A stretch of DNA of 64,000 nucleotides from Adineta vaga (GCA_021613535.1 CP075494.1:16120001-16184000), one strand, 5' to 3'. Shown: positions 1-12,894, counted from the first letter of the stretch. The notes: a model not told the origin generated them from the letters alone. Made by a program: numbers and translations.

Positions 1-33
1 AGAGAGAGAAAAAAAGTATTGTCAAAACCAAAA

Positions 34-374
34 TTAACATTTTGGAATATCACCTTTACAATGCTCAGCAAGAACATATCCAGTTTTTCCTTTAGGTAAT
101 TTAATATGTTGCCATTGAACTATTCTATTAAAATATTTTTCCTCTTCATAGCAATCTGATGAATAAAATTTGCCATTATCAACATAAGTAATAATAGCAC
201 ACGTTTTTGTTGGACATCGACGAACAGCACTCTTTTGAAAACATAAAACTTTACCAGCCTAGCGAATTATATAATTATAATATACAAAGATAGTTTATTA
301 AAATAAATGTTTACTTCACATGGTATTGAAGCAAGAAGTACAAGAATTAAAAAACAACCAATGGAGAAATTCAT
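34..374 (-). CDS. Small secreted Cys-rich protein, SH3b-like (94 aa, 2 exons: 374-315, 258-34)
   Basis: Manual translation gives exon 1 MNFSIGCFLILVLLASIPCE (signal peptide), a 56-nt GT..AG phase-0 intron at 259-314, and exon 2 AGKVLCFQKSAVRRCPTKTCAIITYVDNGKFYSSDCYEEEKYFNRIVQWQHIKLPKGKTGYVLAEHCKGDIPKC*. The vRxxP...W......GYV pattern resembles SH3b domains. Not in the ORF track. Confidence 0.8.
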
Positions 375-1417
375 TTTCGTTTTAGATTTATTTCAAATGT
401 TAAACCGTTTTAAACTGAATAGTTTAGCTATTCGACAAAGTCTTTTATATGCTCGTGAATACAAAAATTTTAAGATTAAAGTATATACATATATATTATA
501 TCACATGATGAAAACAGCGCAATTTAGAGTCATATGAATTGTTATATAGGTATGATGAAAGTTCTTAGTGAATTTGATATCAAATGTTTTTGTTGCATGA
601 TTAATACATCTGCTGATATTCGTTTGTTCTTATCAAATTATAAATCATTATATAATAAGATTTTATTGCTTCATCTTTATTATTGTTTTTTATGTAAGTA
701 GATTTATTGCGCTCATAAAATTTATTTGATGAATCATTAAATAATATCAGATGAAAACAAAAACTTTTCTTAAATATCGATTAACAATTCATATCGATAA
801 ACGCAACTTTAAATCGACTACAGCATTCATCTCACTCTCACAAGGAATGATCTGCAATTGATAAATCGCTTTAGACCTGAAAGCTAGTGGAGCATAGGTA
901 ATCGATGGTCCTGAATCAGAATCTTACTTTGATTTGTGCTGCTAGGCTTTGGAACTACTGGGTTTTTCAGAAAACTAGATAACAATGGAGAAAAGAGTTT
1001 TTTTTTCAAGTTTCTTACCGATAGAAGAGAACATTAGAGACCTAACTAATAAGTTAGACATCGTTAGTTTTTGTTCAGATCCTTCTTCAAGGTTGAATAC
1101 TTACGATCTAGTAAATGTTATGAAAATGAAAGTCGAGGAAAAAAATGTTTAAAACAAAGTTTCTTTGCACAGGTAACGCGTGTCTTCTCATGAATGAAGC
1201 AGACTTGATTGGAACTTAAGAAGGGAGTTGGATCAACTTTTCTAAAACTGGAAGCAAACCACGAATACATGATCATTTTTCGAAATACTGGAGTGTCTAG
1301 CTCTTTGGAAACGAGAGAGACAAGACGAATGATATCATTGCGTTCGTATAAATTACAATCAATTTCATCTAAGACCACGTGATGGTACACGTGTTTGACA
1401 AAATTCTTCAGTTGATG

Positions 1418-1460
1418 ATTGGGGGTGTGGGGATACTAAGATAGTACCGACATCCTCAAT
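1418..1460. repeat. Degenerate telomeric-hexamer hairpin element
   Basis: attgggggtgtggggatac ... gtaccgacatcctcaat, imperfect inverted arms. Confidence 0.45.
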
Positions 1461-2293
1461 TGTGTCTAAATATTTTGAAAATTTGTCAAATGTGAAAAAT
1501 GATGATGAAAAATTCATGTCTTTTCGGTACAAGTTCGATTTGTTTCTTAATTGCTCTTTTTATAAGTCATGACTTTTCATCTTTTTTTTCAGATATATTT
1601 AGAACAGTTTTTTACACAATTTAAGCGCTATCTTTTGATGAAAAAAATGTGTTTTAATCACAGGAATAATATAGGTGAAATTTGGAAATTATTAAAAGGA
1701 CAATTATTTATAGGCCACTTGTTACACAATAGGTGTTACGAGAAAATGATGCAGATCTTGATATCTTCAATAGGAAAAGTCAAATTTATAATCATCAAAA
1801 AGTGTTTTTCAGAGCATACTCACATTTTGGAGGAAAGAAATAGTTGGATCTTCATGGATTCATTGTAAAAATAGATATTCTTATATACAGATGTAAACCG
1901 TTTGGCTTTTAGCTACCGCCAGACGTTATCTATATAGAATTCAATATTTTTCGATATTTTTTCTTATCAAAAGTTCTTAGCCCTACAATGTTCAGTTTTG
2001 ATTTTTTAGTAAAATTCTCATGTATTTATCATTATTATTCCATAATTCTATTTACGGCCGTCGCTGTCATGAACAGGAGAAAAGAAAAAAGATTTCCAGT
2101 CAGAATGAGTAGAGATATTCTACTTTGAAAAACTTCATTAAATTTTTTTTTCTTTTTATGACACAGCACTATTTCATTTCAGATCCAAAAGTTTCACAAC
2201 CTTTTCCCCCTTTCCACCAAACAGGGTAGTTCTTCAGAAAAGATGAAAGAAAGGGATTTATAATTCTACTCCTTTCTTTTTAGAGAGCATAAC

Positions 2294-3253
2294 ATGTACT
2301 CTACAAGTAAATTCAGTATATTACTTGCTTTCGAAATTCCGGCTATCATTTTTTCAATCATTATCTTTGCTTATTTTGCTGTAAATCGTACAGCTCGAAC
2401 AAAAGTACAAAATCATGGTTGGCTTGTTTTACTTATTGTCAGTTTCATTCAGGTTATTATCAATTTGCCCATGCCCATTAGTTACTATTATTTGGGCAGA
2501 GTTGTTCCTGCATCAGATACATATTGTGCATGGTGGACTTGGTTCGAGTTTTCCTTGAACACTATTGGAATATTTCTTATGGCATGGATCTCAATCGAAC
2601 GACACATATTTGTTTTCTATTCCAATGCAATATTTCAAGGACGTTTTAAAAAGTGGATATGCCATTTTATACCAATTATTATCTGTCTTACTTGGACACC
2701 GTTCTTCTACTTTCTAGTAGTTGTCATTAGTCCATATTGCAGTCAGGAATGGGATTTTAATGTGATTATTTGTGGTGTTCCATGTTATTATATAAATAAG
2801 TCTGTTGGTCAATTTAATTTTCTTTTTAACGTTGCTTTTCCTATATTGATCATATTAATCGTAAACGTACTACTTGTTATTCGAGTGAACTACGAAAAGA
2901 TATCTCATCATCAAAAAATCAATTGGCGTAACCATCGTAAAATGATCCTTCAACTCTGGACAATCTCCTCCATATACTTGTTATGTTGGTTACCATTAAT
3001 GATTACAAAATTTGTTCAAATCACTGTTATGCCTACATTTATGGTAGATCATCTTGATATATTTCTATTTGCTGTTTATTTGGTTCCACTACTTTTACCA
3101 ATGGTATGTCTCAGTACATTGCCCAAGCTTATGAAAAAATTGATAAGCTTCATTCAGAAGCGAAATCAAAACATAGTTGGAGTAACACTTATTGGGGTAC
3201 CTACACGTATTGTTGGTAGAAGACAAATAGTGTTTAATATGACTAATCGATGA
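2294..3253 (+). CDS. Class A (rhodopsin-like) orphan GPCR, intronless
   Basis: Seven hydrophobic segments, TM3 Cys (YCAWW), SIERH (DRY-like), CWLP in TM6. Confidence 0.9.
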   Translation: MYSTSKFSILLAFEIPAIIFSIIIFAYFAVNRTARTKVQNHGWLVLLIVSFIQVIINLPMPISYYYLGRVVPASDTYCAWWTWFEFSLNTIGIFLMAWISIERHIFVFYSNAIFQGRFKKWICHFIPIIICLTWTPFFYFLVVVISPYCSQEWDFNVIICGVPCYYINKSVGQFNFLFNVAFPILIILIVNVLLVIRVNYEKISHHQKINWRNHRKMILQLWTISSIYLLCWLPLMITKFVQITVMPTFMVDHLDIFLFAVYLVPLLLPMVCLSTLPKLMKKLISFIQKRNQNIVGVTLIGVPTRIVGRRQIVFNMTNR

Positions 3254-3552
3254 ACTATAGTCTTCAATAACATAAGTGTCGTTAATCCAGATTCGCTAAC
3301 CTCTTGCCGAAGGATTGGAATTGCATGTATATGCTTTCTCTGTTTTTATGTCGCCGCCTAGATAGAAGAGAAGACGTTCAACTATCACCTTTCACTTTTC
3401 ATGTTTTTATTTCTTTGATATTATTTGATTTGGTTTCTAAGAAGAATTATTAATATCGAGAAGAAACATGTATTTGTCGTGCCGAAGTTAGTTTAAATGG
3501 TAAAATAAATATTAGCTACACAAACAAATTATAGCAATATCATACATATTCA

Positions 3553-4158
3553 TCTTCTATCTATATAAAGAAGAAAGTTTGTTTGTTTGTTCGCTATGCA
3601 TTCAGTCCCTGTAGTAGCTAATGTCGCCAAACTTTCCACAGTGCTTCCCTAGGTCAAGGGGAAGGTTGACATGGGATTAGAATGGACATTAGGGAATGGA
3701 TGGGGGGGGGGGCGCTTTTGTCTGCATCCAAGATGGGCAACTACAATGCCTGGGTTGGGTTCTTAGAAAAAACTGAATCTGAAGTGAAATGACTACTCTA
3801 CCTGTATGGAGTCGAAGTGAAGGTTATAAACTAGAGAATGACTTGCAGCGGGACAGTAGGAGTGGATTAAAAAGAAACAGACCTGTATGTCGTATGCATA
3901 GCAAGACAAGACCAGCAGGAAAGAACTGATAAAGAGATGCGGAAAGTTCTGAAAAAAATACCTGATGCATGACGCGAAAAGGGATACAGGAGGGGTCTCG
4001 GTACGGAGGAGAAAGACAGGGCAGGAAAGAAGGTTGTGAGGATTTTTTGATACACGACAGGTAAATACCAACGGAGAGGTCCGGTGGTTGATGAGAAAAG
4101 CACTGTTGTAGATGAAAAACGTAAATTGTGTCGTCTTTGCAGCGGGTATCTCCGCTAG
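3553..4158 (+). mobile_element. Non-autonomous Helitron-like element (606 bp)
   Basis: 5' TC (tcttctatctatataaagaag) followed by a (GTTT)n microsatellite; 3' GC hairpin agcgg-gtatct-ccgct ending in CTAG; sits between A (3552) and T (4159) with no TSD; interior is GC-richer than the flanks. Confidence 0.75.
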
Positions 4159-4358
4159 TTTGGTATATTTTATTTTTGATTTTTTACATGAAAAGTCTCA
4201 TCTACAACCTATCTGAGTGTGTTGGCATCAATGGTAGTCAATAAGGACAATTTTATACTTTGTTTTCGATATTATATGTAAGAATATAAATATAATTTCA
4301 AACTCAGTTTCGTAACGTTTGTATCGTCAACTTTTGCGGCGTTAAAACTGGTTTGTTA

Positions 4359-4440
4359 GGGCGATAGCGGGTGTGGGTGCAGTGATCAAATTGCATCTGT
4401 ACCTGCGATATACCCTCAATCATCCACACCCACTCTCACG
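4359..4440. repeat. Telomeric-hexamer hairpin element
   Basis: gcgggtgtgggtgc ... catccacacccactctcac. Confidence 0.55.
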
Positions 4441-4811
4441 CTTTTGCATATCTTACTCAGAATGGGACGAACACTTTTATCGTTGTGCATGATTTTGTTT
4501 AAACAATTACAGTTAAAATTGAAGAATGATTGATTTAGTCTTTGAGCTGGAAGACATATTTGATTTTAATGTGAATAATTTAAAGGGAGATGAAATGGTG
4601 CATTACTTGATTGTATTTAACTGAGCAGAAATGTGTGAATATTTGTATGTGCATCAACTGCGAATCCTTGTTATGACTGGAGCTCGTGATATGATCTCTT
4701 TCTTCATTCGTGTATATTGTTATGTCGCGAAAGCGGATGTTTCAGGTTGGCTTGAATCATCCTCTGTATTGGGAGACAAAGATAATCTTATTGAGATTGG
4801 TTTTATTCTGA

Positions 4812-5288
4812 ATTGTATTAATCCTATTATTCCTGCATCAGCTTTCTTCGTCATGTCTTTATCAATACTCGGCAAAATTTGATGTAAAAGTTGAGCGAGA
4901 ACCCATTCTTCGTATGTTAACAATGCGTTGTAACTGTCCATGCTATCGTACACGACCAAAGGTAAGATTAATCAATAGAGTCATACTAATCATGTTATGC
5001 ATCTTATTTCGGATAATTGCTTCAATTCTTTATTCAATGGGAGGTCGACGATTATTAGTTATAGTATGTGTTATATCTATTGTATTTCTATTAATTCTAT
5101 TAGCATTTGATTATTATCATTATCATATGTGTTGGCATTATCGTCCTGGAAATGATAAACTTCGCACTAAATATTCACCAAAACATCGACGATTTTTACT
5201 CTATCATATATTAGATAATAATCGTAATCCAATGACATTAGGCAATGAACCATGTGAGGTTGTGGGTGTGGGTGGAATTGAAGAATAA
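4812..5288 (+). pseudogene. Fragment of a multi-pass membrane protein (CNCPCY..RPK motif), ending in a telomeric hairpin
   Basis: The open frame runs from an upstream in-frame stop (4809-4811), has two to three hydrophobic segments, and reads into the (TGTGGG) repeat before stopping. Confidence 0.45.
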
Positions 5289-5312
5289 ATATACCACCCA
5301 CACCCATCAAGA
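5263..5312. repeat. Telomeric-hexamer hairpin element (perfect 13-bp arms)
   Basis: tgggtgtgggtgg (5263-5275), 18-nt spacer, ccacccacaccca (5294-5306), then tcaaga. Confidence 0.8.
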
Positions 5313-5961
5313 AACAACTAAAGGTCGATGTTTTCACTGAAATATTTTCGAGAAAACTCAGACAGTAAAACTTATGTCACATAGCACTTATTTTATTGAT
5401 GAAAATATGATAGAATAAATATGAATATGTAAAATTCTTCTGATTAGTGGTCAATAAATATCATTTGATGGCAGTCTTGGAATTTTCCAACATCGATCTT
5501 TCTGTTTCTCGAGTATACGAAAGGAAGAAAAGAAAAGAAAATACGTAAATAAAAATAGTCATAACAATTTTCAAACTCATTCTCTTTAATACTATACTTA
5601 AAAATACTGACTAAAGCCATTCTAGACAAATACACGTGATAAATAAATAAACGAAAAAATTTCACTTAAATAATAAGTTTTTAACATTTTATTAAAAAGT
5701 GTTTAATCAATTCCACTATTTCACAAAGAACACACAATCATTCAATAGTTTCATTAGCCTTGTATCATTTTCATTTCAGAAGCCACTCACTTCAGAAAGA
5801 TGTAAATTACGCAATTAGTTTCATTGTTTTGCGTAGTTCTCACTAGATAATCTTGTTTTTTCACAAAACTATTCAGGTTTACAAATCTCACAGAATTTTA
5901 TAAGATCCGGCCACCATACAGGATCCTATATGATTCCCTCGTAGAATATCAATTGCTGTAA

Positions 5962-6009
5962 AAGGTGTGAATGTGGGTAGAGTCCAATTCTCTTTGCACG
6001 CATACCTTA
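5962..6009. repeat. Degenerate telomeric-hexamer hairpin element
   Basis: aaggtgtgaatgtgggta ... tgcacgcatacctt. Confidence 0.35.
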
Positions 6010-6219
6010 AAACTTCCTAATACTTTATCACAGAAGAATCTTTCCAAGTTGATACATGATTGGAGAAAAAATACTCGCATATTTCTTTTTCTTTTCTCAC
6101 CACGTGCTATTATTGTTGTTTTTTCTCTATTTACTTCACGGTGACAATGTTGAGTATTGCATTTTAGTCATAAAAACTGTTACTCGCTGCTTATTTGTTG
6201 TACGAATAGAAAATACTAT

Positions 6220-8973
6220 ATGGAACAGTGTATTCTGATTTCTCTTGATTCCTCGTCAAATTCATTAATTGATGATTTAAAACAATTTCAACATGTCTTT
6301 AATTCCATACAACAGTTCACTGAGACAAATGCTTGTATAGACTATATAACAAATTCAAAAGTCAAGAAAATTTTTCTCATTATTTCATTTGAAGTTGTTC
6401 AAATCATCTCATTGATCAATCATTTACCACAAATTAATTCTATCTACATTCTTTATAATAATCTTGAAGGTGAAAAGCCAGATGAAAATCTATTACAACA
6501 TGAAAAAGTCCAAAGCATATGTGTAACCATTGATCAACTAATTACACAAATAAAACATGATATCAAGCATTTAGTGACTAATCATATAGGAATCAATAGT
6601 TTACCGAATGGTAATATTGGCTCATTTAGTAGAAGTGAACAGAACGACCAAAACAATGTTCAAGAAGCAACCTTTATGTATTCACAAATCCTACGTGATA
6701 TTTTTGTTCAAGAAAACTATACAGAAACAGATAAAAATGAAATGATCGATTTCTTTCGGCAGCAGTATCATGGCAATAAAAGTGAATTAGAAAAGATCAC
6801 TCGATTTCAATGTGATTATACAGCTGAACGTGCTATCTATTGGTATACAATGGATGGATTTCTTTATCGTACGATTAATAGAGCATTGAGAATGCAAGAC
6901 ATTTTGACTCTTTATCAATTACGTTATTTTATCAAAGATTTACATTTACAATTGAAAAAATATCACGCAGAATTTTGTTTGAATTCGTTACATGAAACAT
7001 TGACTGTCTACCGTGGAGTTGGATTACCAATCGATGTATTCGAAAAATTAAAACCAGGTCATCTGGTATCATTCAGTGAATTCTTATCTACGAGTAAGAG
7101 ACAAGATTTGGCAAAAATCTATGTTCGAAACGATGACGATAATATGCAAGCGATTTTATTTGAAATTGAGTTAAATTGTGCTATTCAAACATCAACGCCC
7201 TTCGCGGATATATCTGGACAGAGTCAATTCGACATTGAAAAGGAGATTCTTTTTTCTATGGGTAGCGTTTTTCGAATTGAAAGTTTATATCGAACAACAG
7301 AAACACGTTGGCATATAAAACTCTCTCAAACATCAGATGAAGATCAACAATTGAAATTATTACATAATTGGTTAGACCAAGCCATATTTCAAGTTCAACA
7401 TTTTCACTCGAAATTGAGTTCACTTATGTTATTTATCTCTGATTATGATAAAGCTGAATATTTCTTACGAAAAACCGTAGGTCAACCAGGTTTTAGTGGA
7501 AGTACAGAAACTATTGCAGCAACGTTGGCAATTTTCGGTGAAATTTACTTTCATCAAAATAAATACGACGAGGCCATGACCTTATTTCAGCAAACAGTAG
7601 AATTATTAGAGAAAATTTCTGATAAAGACATATCGTCAACTGTACAACGATGTTACACAGGTTTAAGTGAAATTTATTTAGAACAACGACAATTTAAAAA
7701 AGGTAAGATGTGACAAACAGTCGAAAAGTAGTTTTTTCCTTTGCAATTTTGTACAATTTAGTGTAAAGATACGAACCTTTTTACAATATTTGTTTTAGCT
7801 TTGGAGTACAGTCAAAAATCGCTTGACATTATACTTTCTGATGAGTATATGAAGAGTATTGATCTTCTATTGGCAACGCGTTATAATAATATCGGACACA
7901 TTCATTACAAATTAGGACATACCGAACAGGCATTACATTATTTTCAAAAAGCGCTTGATTATACCGCTTCTCTCCTACCTAATATTCCTCTCTTATCAAA
8001 AATATTTTGTAATTTTGCAATGACTTATGAGCAATGTGAAGATTATTCGAATGCAGAATTGTATTGGCACAAAGGACTTGAACATCATCTTAAATCATTG
8101 CCTAATGATACAGATGCCACTGCGTATCTCTTTCAAGCTGTAGCATCCAATTTAATTGACCATAAGAAATATCATGAAGCCATTGAACTTTTAAAAAAAT
8201 CATTGATCGTTTGCAAAAGTCAAGGATCAAAGACATTATGTTGCTGCTATAAGATTTTAGCAACTGCTTATCATGCGATTGGAAAATCTCAATTCGCTAC
8301 CGATTATATTCACAAAGCTATCGAACTTGCACAAACTCTGACAGATATGGATTTAAGTATTATGTATGTGGATAGTGGTAATATTTATTATAGCATCCAA
8401 CAATATCAAGAGGCACTGATATCATATGAGAAAGCACTGAAATGTTCTCGACCATCTGCCAGACTTTCAATACACATGAAGATTTTTTTAACTTACACAA
8501 ATCAGAACAAATCGAATACGGCATTGCATTATTACGAGAATCACCTCCAAGAAAATATATCCGAACTTGATTCTGACGATCATATCTTAATACATTATTA
8601 TATTGGAGTGAATTATGATAGTTTAAAGAACTATGATCAAGCATTGAAATATCTCAAAATAGCTCAAGAACTGATGTTGTCCGTGTCAAAATACAAATCA
8701 TTTATTATCAATATACTCAAAAGAATGGGAGATATTCTAATCAAACAAGAACAATGGTCAGATGCAAATAATATTTTAAAAAAATTATCAACTTTTCAAT
8801 CATCGGCAAACGTTCATCTAAACATAGGTGTTATTAATATTAAGCAAAAGAATTTTCAAGATGCGATTCAAAGTTTACGAACGGCGCAAGAACTGGCTAA
8901 AGTGACTGGTGATTTATTCACATTAGAAATAGCCACAAGACAACTCAATTTATTGAGTAAAACAGAAAACTAA
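6220..8973 (+). CDS. ADP-ribosyltransferase (ARTC, R-S-E type) plus TPR-array protein; 2 exons (6220-7702, 7799-8973)
   Basis: AIYWYT, INRALR, VYRG, FLSTS and EKEILF motifs followed by many TPR repeats; GT-AG intron 7703-7798 joins the two ORFs in frame (G|CT = Ala). Confidence 0.9.
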
Positions 8974-9429
8974 CACACAACAACATAGTTCTAGAGGATA
9001 TGTTGGTCGCCATCTTTTTTCCATTTACATCATTCTCACCCCGAACTGTGTTTTCTAAAGTCTACCGAAAATAAATAGAATAAATACGTATCTTTCAATA
9101 TATCCAGACTGCCATATTATAATTTGAATTATAAGTACTCGTACGTTTGACAAGGAAAAAGGGTCACAGTAGCGCTACGAATGACTCATGTTTTGTCATT
9201 GTGTTGTAATATTCATTATTCTGTTCTTTATCCGATGATTTTTTCGTCGGTGTAGGAAAAAAGGAAATGACTCAGGTATTCTTTCGTTGTTTTTAATAAA
9301 ATTACACAACTATCTGCAAGAAAAATTGAAAAGAACGATTATATCAGTCCAGTTGTATATTATTGGTCATGCATTCTTTAGTTTTTTGCTTTCAAATAGA
9401 TACACATCGTTGATCGAATACATCCAAGC

Positions 9430-10979
9430 ATGGCTGGTGTAATTACTATGGAAAAAGTTGACAGACCTGAATTAGCTAAACACGAATCATCTATTCTTGG
9501 TAAGTAAACGTGTGATATGCATATCATTCATGTTAATAATTATTTTTATTGTATACAGATCTAGTCTTTGTTATGGATTGTACTTCATCAATGACAACTT
9601 ATATTTCGAGTGCTTTGAATAACATTCATGCAATAGTCGAGGAAATCGTTGTTAGCGAAAAAAGTGATATTCGTTTAGCACTAGTCGAATATCGCGATCA
9701 TCCACCACAAGTATGTAATTTTCAAAAAAGGATGTTTGGCTGAAACATTTTGTTCTGTTTAGGATATTACTTTTGTAACACGCGTGCATGATTTTACAGC
9801 TAAGGTTAGCGAAATGAGAGGTTGGTTACAACAATGTCAAGCATATGGTGGTGGAGATCAAGCAGAAGCTGTGGCGGATGGACTTCATGCTGTTCTCAAA
9901 TTATCGTGGCGTCCTGAATCTACAAAAATTTGTATTTTGATTGCCGATGCACCACCCCATGGACTTAATTCTTTTGGTGATGGTTTTCCCAATGGATGTC
10001 CTAATGGTCTTGATCCTGTCCAAATCGTTCGAGAAATGGCAGAAAAACATATCACGCTCTACTCAGTTGGTGTTGAGCCACCTATTAGTAAGTAGATAAG
10101 TGTTTTATTCGGGAATCATCAAATAGTTGTAATGCATCTATCGTTTTACTAGCGCCTTATCGTGATTTTTTTATGTCATTGGCTTATACTACAGGTGGCC
10201 AATATGTTCCCATGGTAAATGCCCAACTTTTAGCAAAAGTTATTATTGGCGGTGTACGTGAAGAAATTTCGTTAGAACGATTAATGCAAGCTGCTGAAGA
10301 CGATATTAATCGTGAAATGAAACAAGCAGAAGCAGAAGGTGTTGACGATAAAGAAAAAGTCAAGCGAATTAATGCTATTTTCACTACGAAAAATCTATTT
10401 TCGACACAAATGGCAAACCCTTTTGGGACGACATCGTGTACCGCCAAGGCATTTTCTTCTACTTGTCATAATATGGCTCAAATGCAAAATGCGTTCTCAT
10501 CAGCTCCACAACCTACTCAACGGACATTCACCACAACTGCTCATTCTCCGTTTTCGTTCGCTGCGCCTTCTACCACTGTATCTGGGATAACTCCATCTTT
10601 ATTTGGTACGCCATCCACTACTCTTCCAAGTAGTATTTCGTTTTCATTTGGTCCGTTTTCAACTACTGCACCAGTAACTAATTCATCAATATTTGGTACG
10701 TCATCGATCGTTGCACCAAATGTCAGTCCATTTTCGTTTAGTGCATCTTCCAACACTCTTCCAGGTACTGCTTCATTTTCGTTTCGCGCGCCTACAGCTA
10801 TTCCATCTGGAAATGCTTCATTGACATTAGCTACGTCGACATACTCTTCTGGTACAGATAGTTCATTAGCGCAAAGTCGAACAGAGACAAATATGACCTA
10901 TGATGTGATGGAACATGCAGCTGTCAATGAAGAACAAGCCGATCGGATCTATCAGAAATGGCAAAATCGCAAAAAGTAG
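9430..10979 (+). CDS. VWA-domain protein (vwkA/alpha-kinase-type VWA) with an FG/FxF-rich low-complexity insert; 4 exons
   Basis: DLVFVMDCTSSM (MIDAS), YRDHPPQ, GGGD.AEAV, DAPPHG and TGG motifs; introns 9500-9558, 9711-9762 and 10088-10152 restore the frame. Confidence 0.88.
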
Positions 10980-11793
10980 ACATCGCTTTATCTTCTCAAG
11001 CTGTTGGCTTAAATAAAAGATATTCAATTTTTGTAAAAGCTGTTTTTAAAGTAAAAAAATTCATTTGAGTTAAGACCTATGTTTTTTTCCTCAGAACATA
11101 TACGAACCCAATACTATCTAAATAATCAATCGATAACAATAAAGGGCATGGTATCTTGAATTTAATTTTCATTCTAACGTCGTAAAGGACGTCTGCTATT
11201 GTATAGAATGGGTGGCGATTTCAATATGGAGAAAATGTTTCGTTTCGCAGTTATTAACATCGTAATTCGCACAAGTCATAAAAAATTAGTACCAAAGAAC
11301 CAATCATCCTACATAATCCTATAGATTTTCTGGTGACAAATTTGTATTGTATTTCATTCACAAAATAGCAGTCAGTGACCAATGAATACATTTATAAGAT
11401 TATAATGTCGAATCATCTCGCTTTACCAATAATAAAGGAGAACTGTTAGTTGATAACGATTTCACATGTTCATTCACTTGATAGAAAAGATGCATTTCTA
11501 GTTTCATACGGCAACCAAAGTTGGCTATTTTGTTTTCAACTTCCAGAAAATTGACCACCATCAGTTAATGGAATTAACAATAATCTTTCATTCAAAGTTG
11601 GTTTAATTTTGTTTCTTCATTCTGATGGACATTCGATTAGCAATCGATATATTCTCCACTTTAAAGTTCATTTGTAGATCAATGCGAATTCATTACTTTA
11701 CTTAGGAAAACACAATTTTTTAAGAAGAAAACTAATCGATATAATAACTGATTTTATACAAATTCATTAATTGAAAAAGAAAACGACAAACTT

Positions 11794-12740
11794 TTATTTT
11801 TGATTTTGACTATTTAATAAAAGATCTTGATTATTATCTACTGAAGACGAAAGTTCATTTTCCTTTGTTTCTTTATAACTTAAATAACCATAAATAAATG
11901 ATCCAAATAAAGTTATAAAAATTCCAATAAATTGATAAAATGTTATTGAATTATATTGTTGATTGAAATAAAAATAGAAAAATAAAATCAAAATTGTTTT
12001 CAAATGTCCAACAACTTGAAAAGTAAGTGGTGATGTTTGTCCAATTAAACCATATGAACATAAATTAACACAAATAGCAAGAATTGTACTTAAAATAATT
12101 AATTGAATTTGATTTTTTGTCCAAATATTTGTTAAGAAATTGAATTCAAATAAAAAAGCAAAAAATAATGAAATACAAAAAGTTAAAAAAGCTTGAGAAT
12201 GATTTATTTGTATTGGATTTAATTCATATTGATTTTGTTTTTCATTTTGCCATATTTGATATTGTATTGTTATTATAATTGATAAAAATGAAATAAATAT
12301 TCCATAAATATTCATTTTTAATGATTTTATTGTTAAAAAACAAATTCCAATTATGAAATTATTTTTTTATAAATAATTAATTGAATTAAAACTAAATATG
12401 GAATTGAAAAGATTTTTATTAATTGATAAAAATCTAATTGATTCAATTTTAAACTTGAATTTGTTAATCCAATTGATAATGAACATAAAATTGACATAAT
12501 TATTGAAGTTTTTATTGGTAAAGATTTTCGATCAAATAAATTACTAAATGCACAAAATTCCATAATTAAACCATTGAAAAAATAATGAATTGATGTTAAT
12601 GTAAAAACATAAATGAAATTATTTGGTGATGACATTAACATTTTATTTGTTATTATTAATCCAACTGAACTTAAAACATTTGTTAGAATCCAAAATATTG
12701 TTTTGTAAATAGGATTTTCTTTTAAATTTAATATTTTCAT
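11794..12740 (-). pseudogene. Nucleotide-sugar transporter (TPT/SLC35E3/URGT-like), frameshifted near 12350
   Basis: NVLSSVGLIITNK, FYQLIK and GQTSPLTFQVVGHLKT motifs; the two ORFs are in different frames and part of TM5 appears deleted; no splice signals rescue the frame. Confidence 0.75.
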
Positions 12741-12864
12741 TTCAATACAAAAAAAAAAGAATTTATAAAGAAAAAAAACAGACCGAAAGATTGTTTGTTC
12801 TGCTTTCTTTTGATTTAAAAAATGAAACTTTTGATGACAAAATATTTTTTTCTTATTTTCTCAG

Positions 12865-12894
12865 TACAGCTCTGGCAAAAAGTTCTAGGACACT
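12865..12894 (+). mobile_element. Solo Tc1-like terminal inverted repeat
   Basis: TA-CAGCTCTGGCAAAAAGTT resembles Tc1-family TIRs; no partner end found. Confidence 0.35.

Noticed and set aside
307-537. 76-aa plus-strand ORF
   Set aside because: Overlaps exon 1 and the promoter of the spliced minus-strand gene; no motifs
780-1950. Possible decayed gene or TE (ORFs 1118-1390, 1569-1868)
   Set aside because: Stop-riddled, with no recognisable motif to support a call
3793-4103. Two minus-strand ORFs
   Set aside because: They lie inside the GC-richer Helitron-like element and show no protein features
9182-9274. AP-1-type TGA(C/G)TCA sites upstream of several genes (9182, 9268, 14056, 26020, 32573)
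   Set aside because: A rough expectation at this base composition is several per 64 kb, so enrichment cannot be claimed without a test
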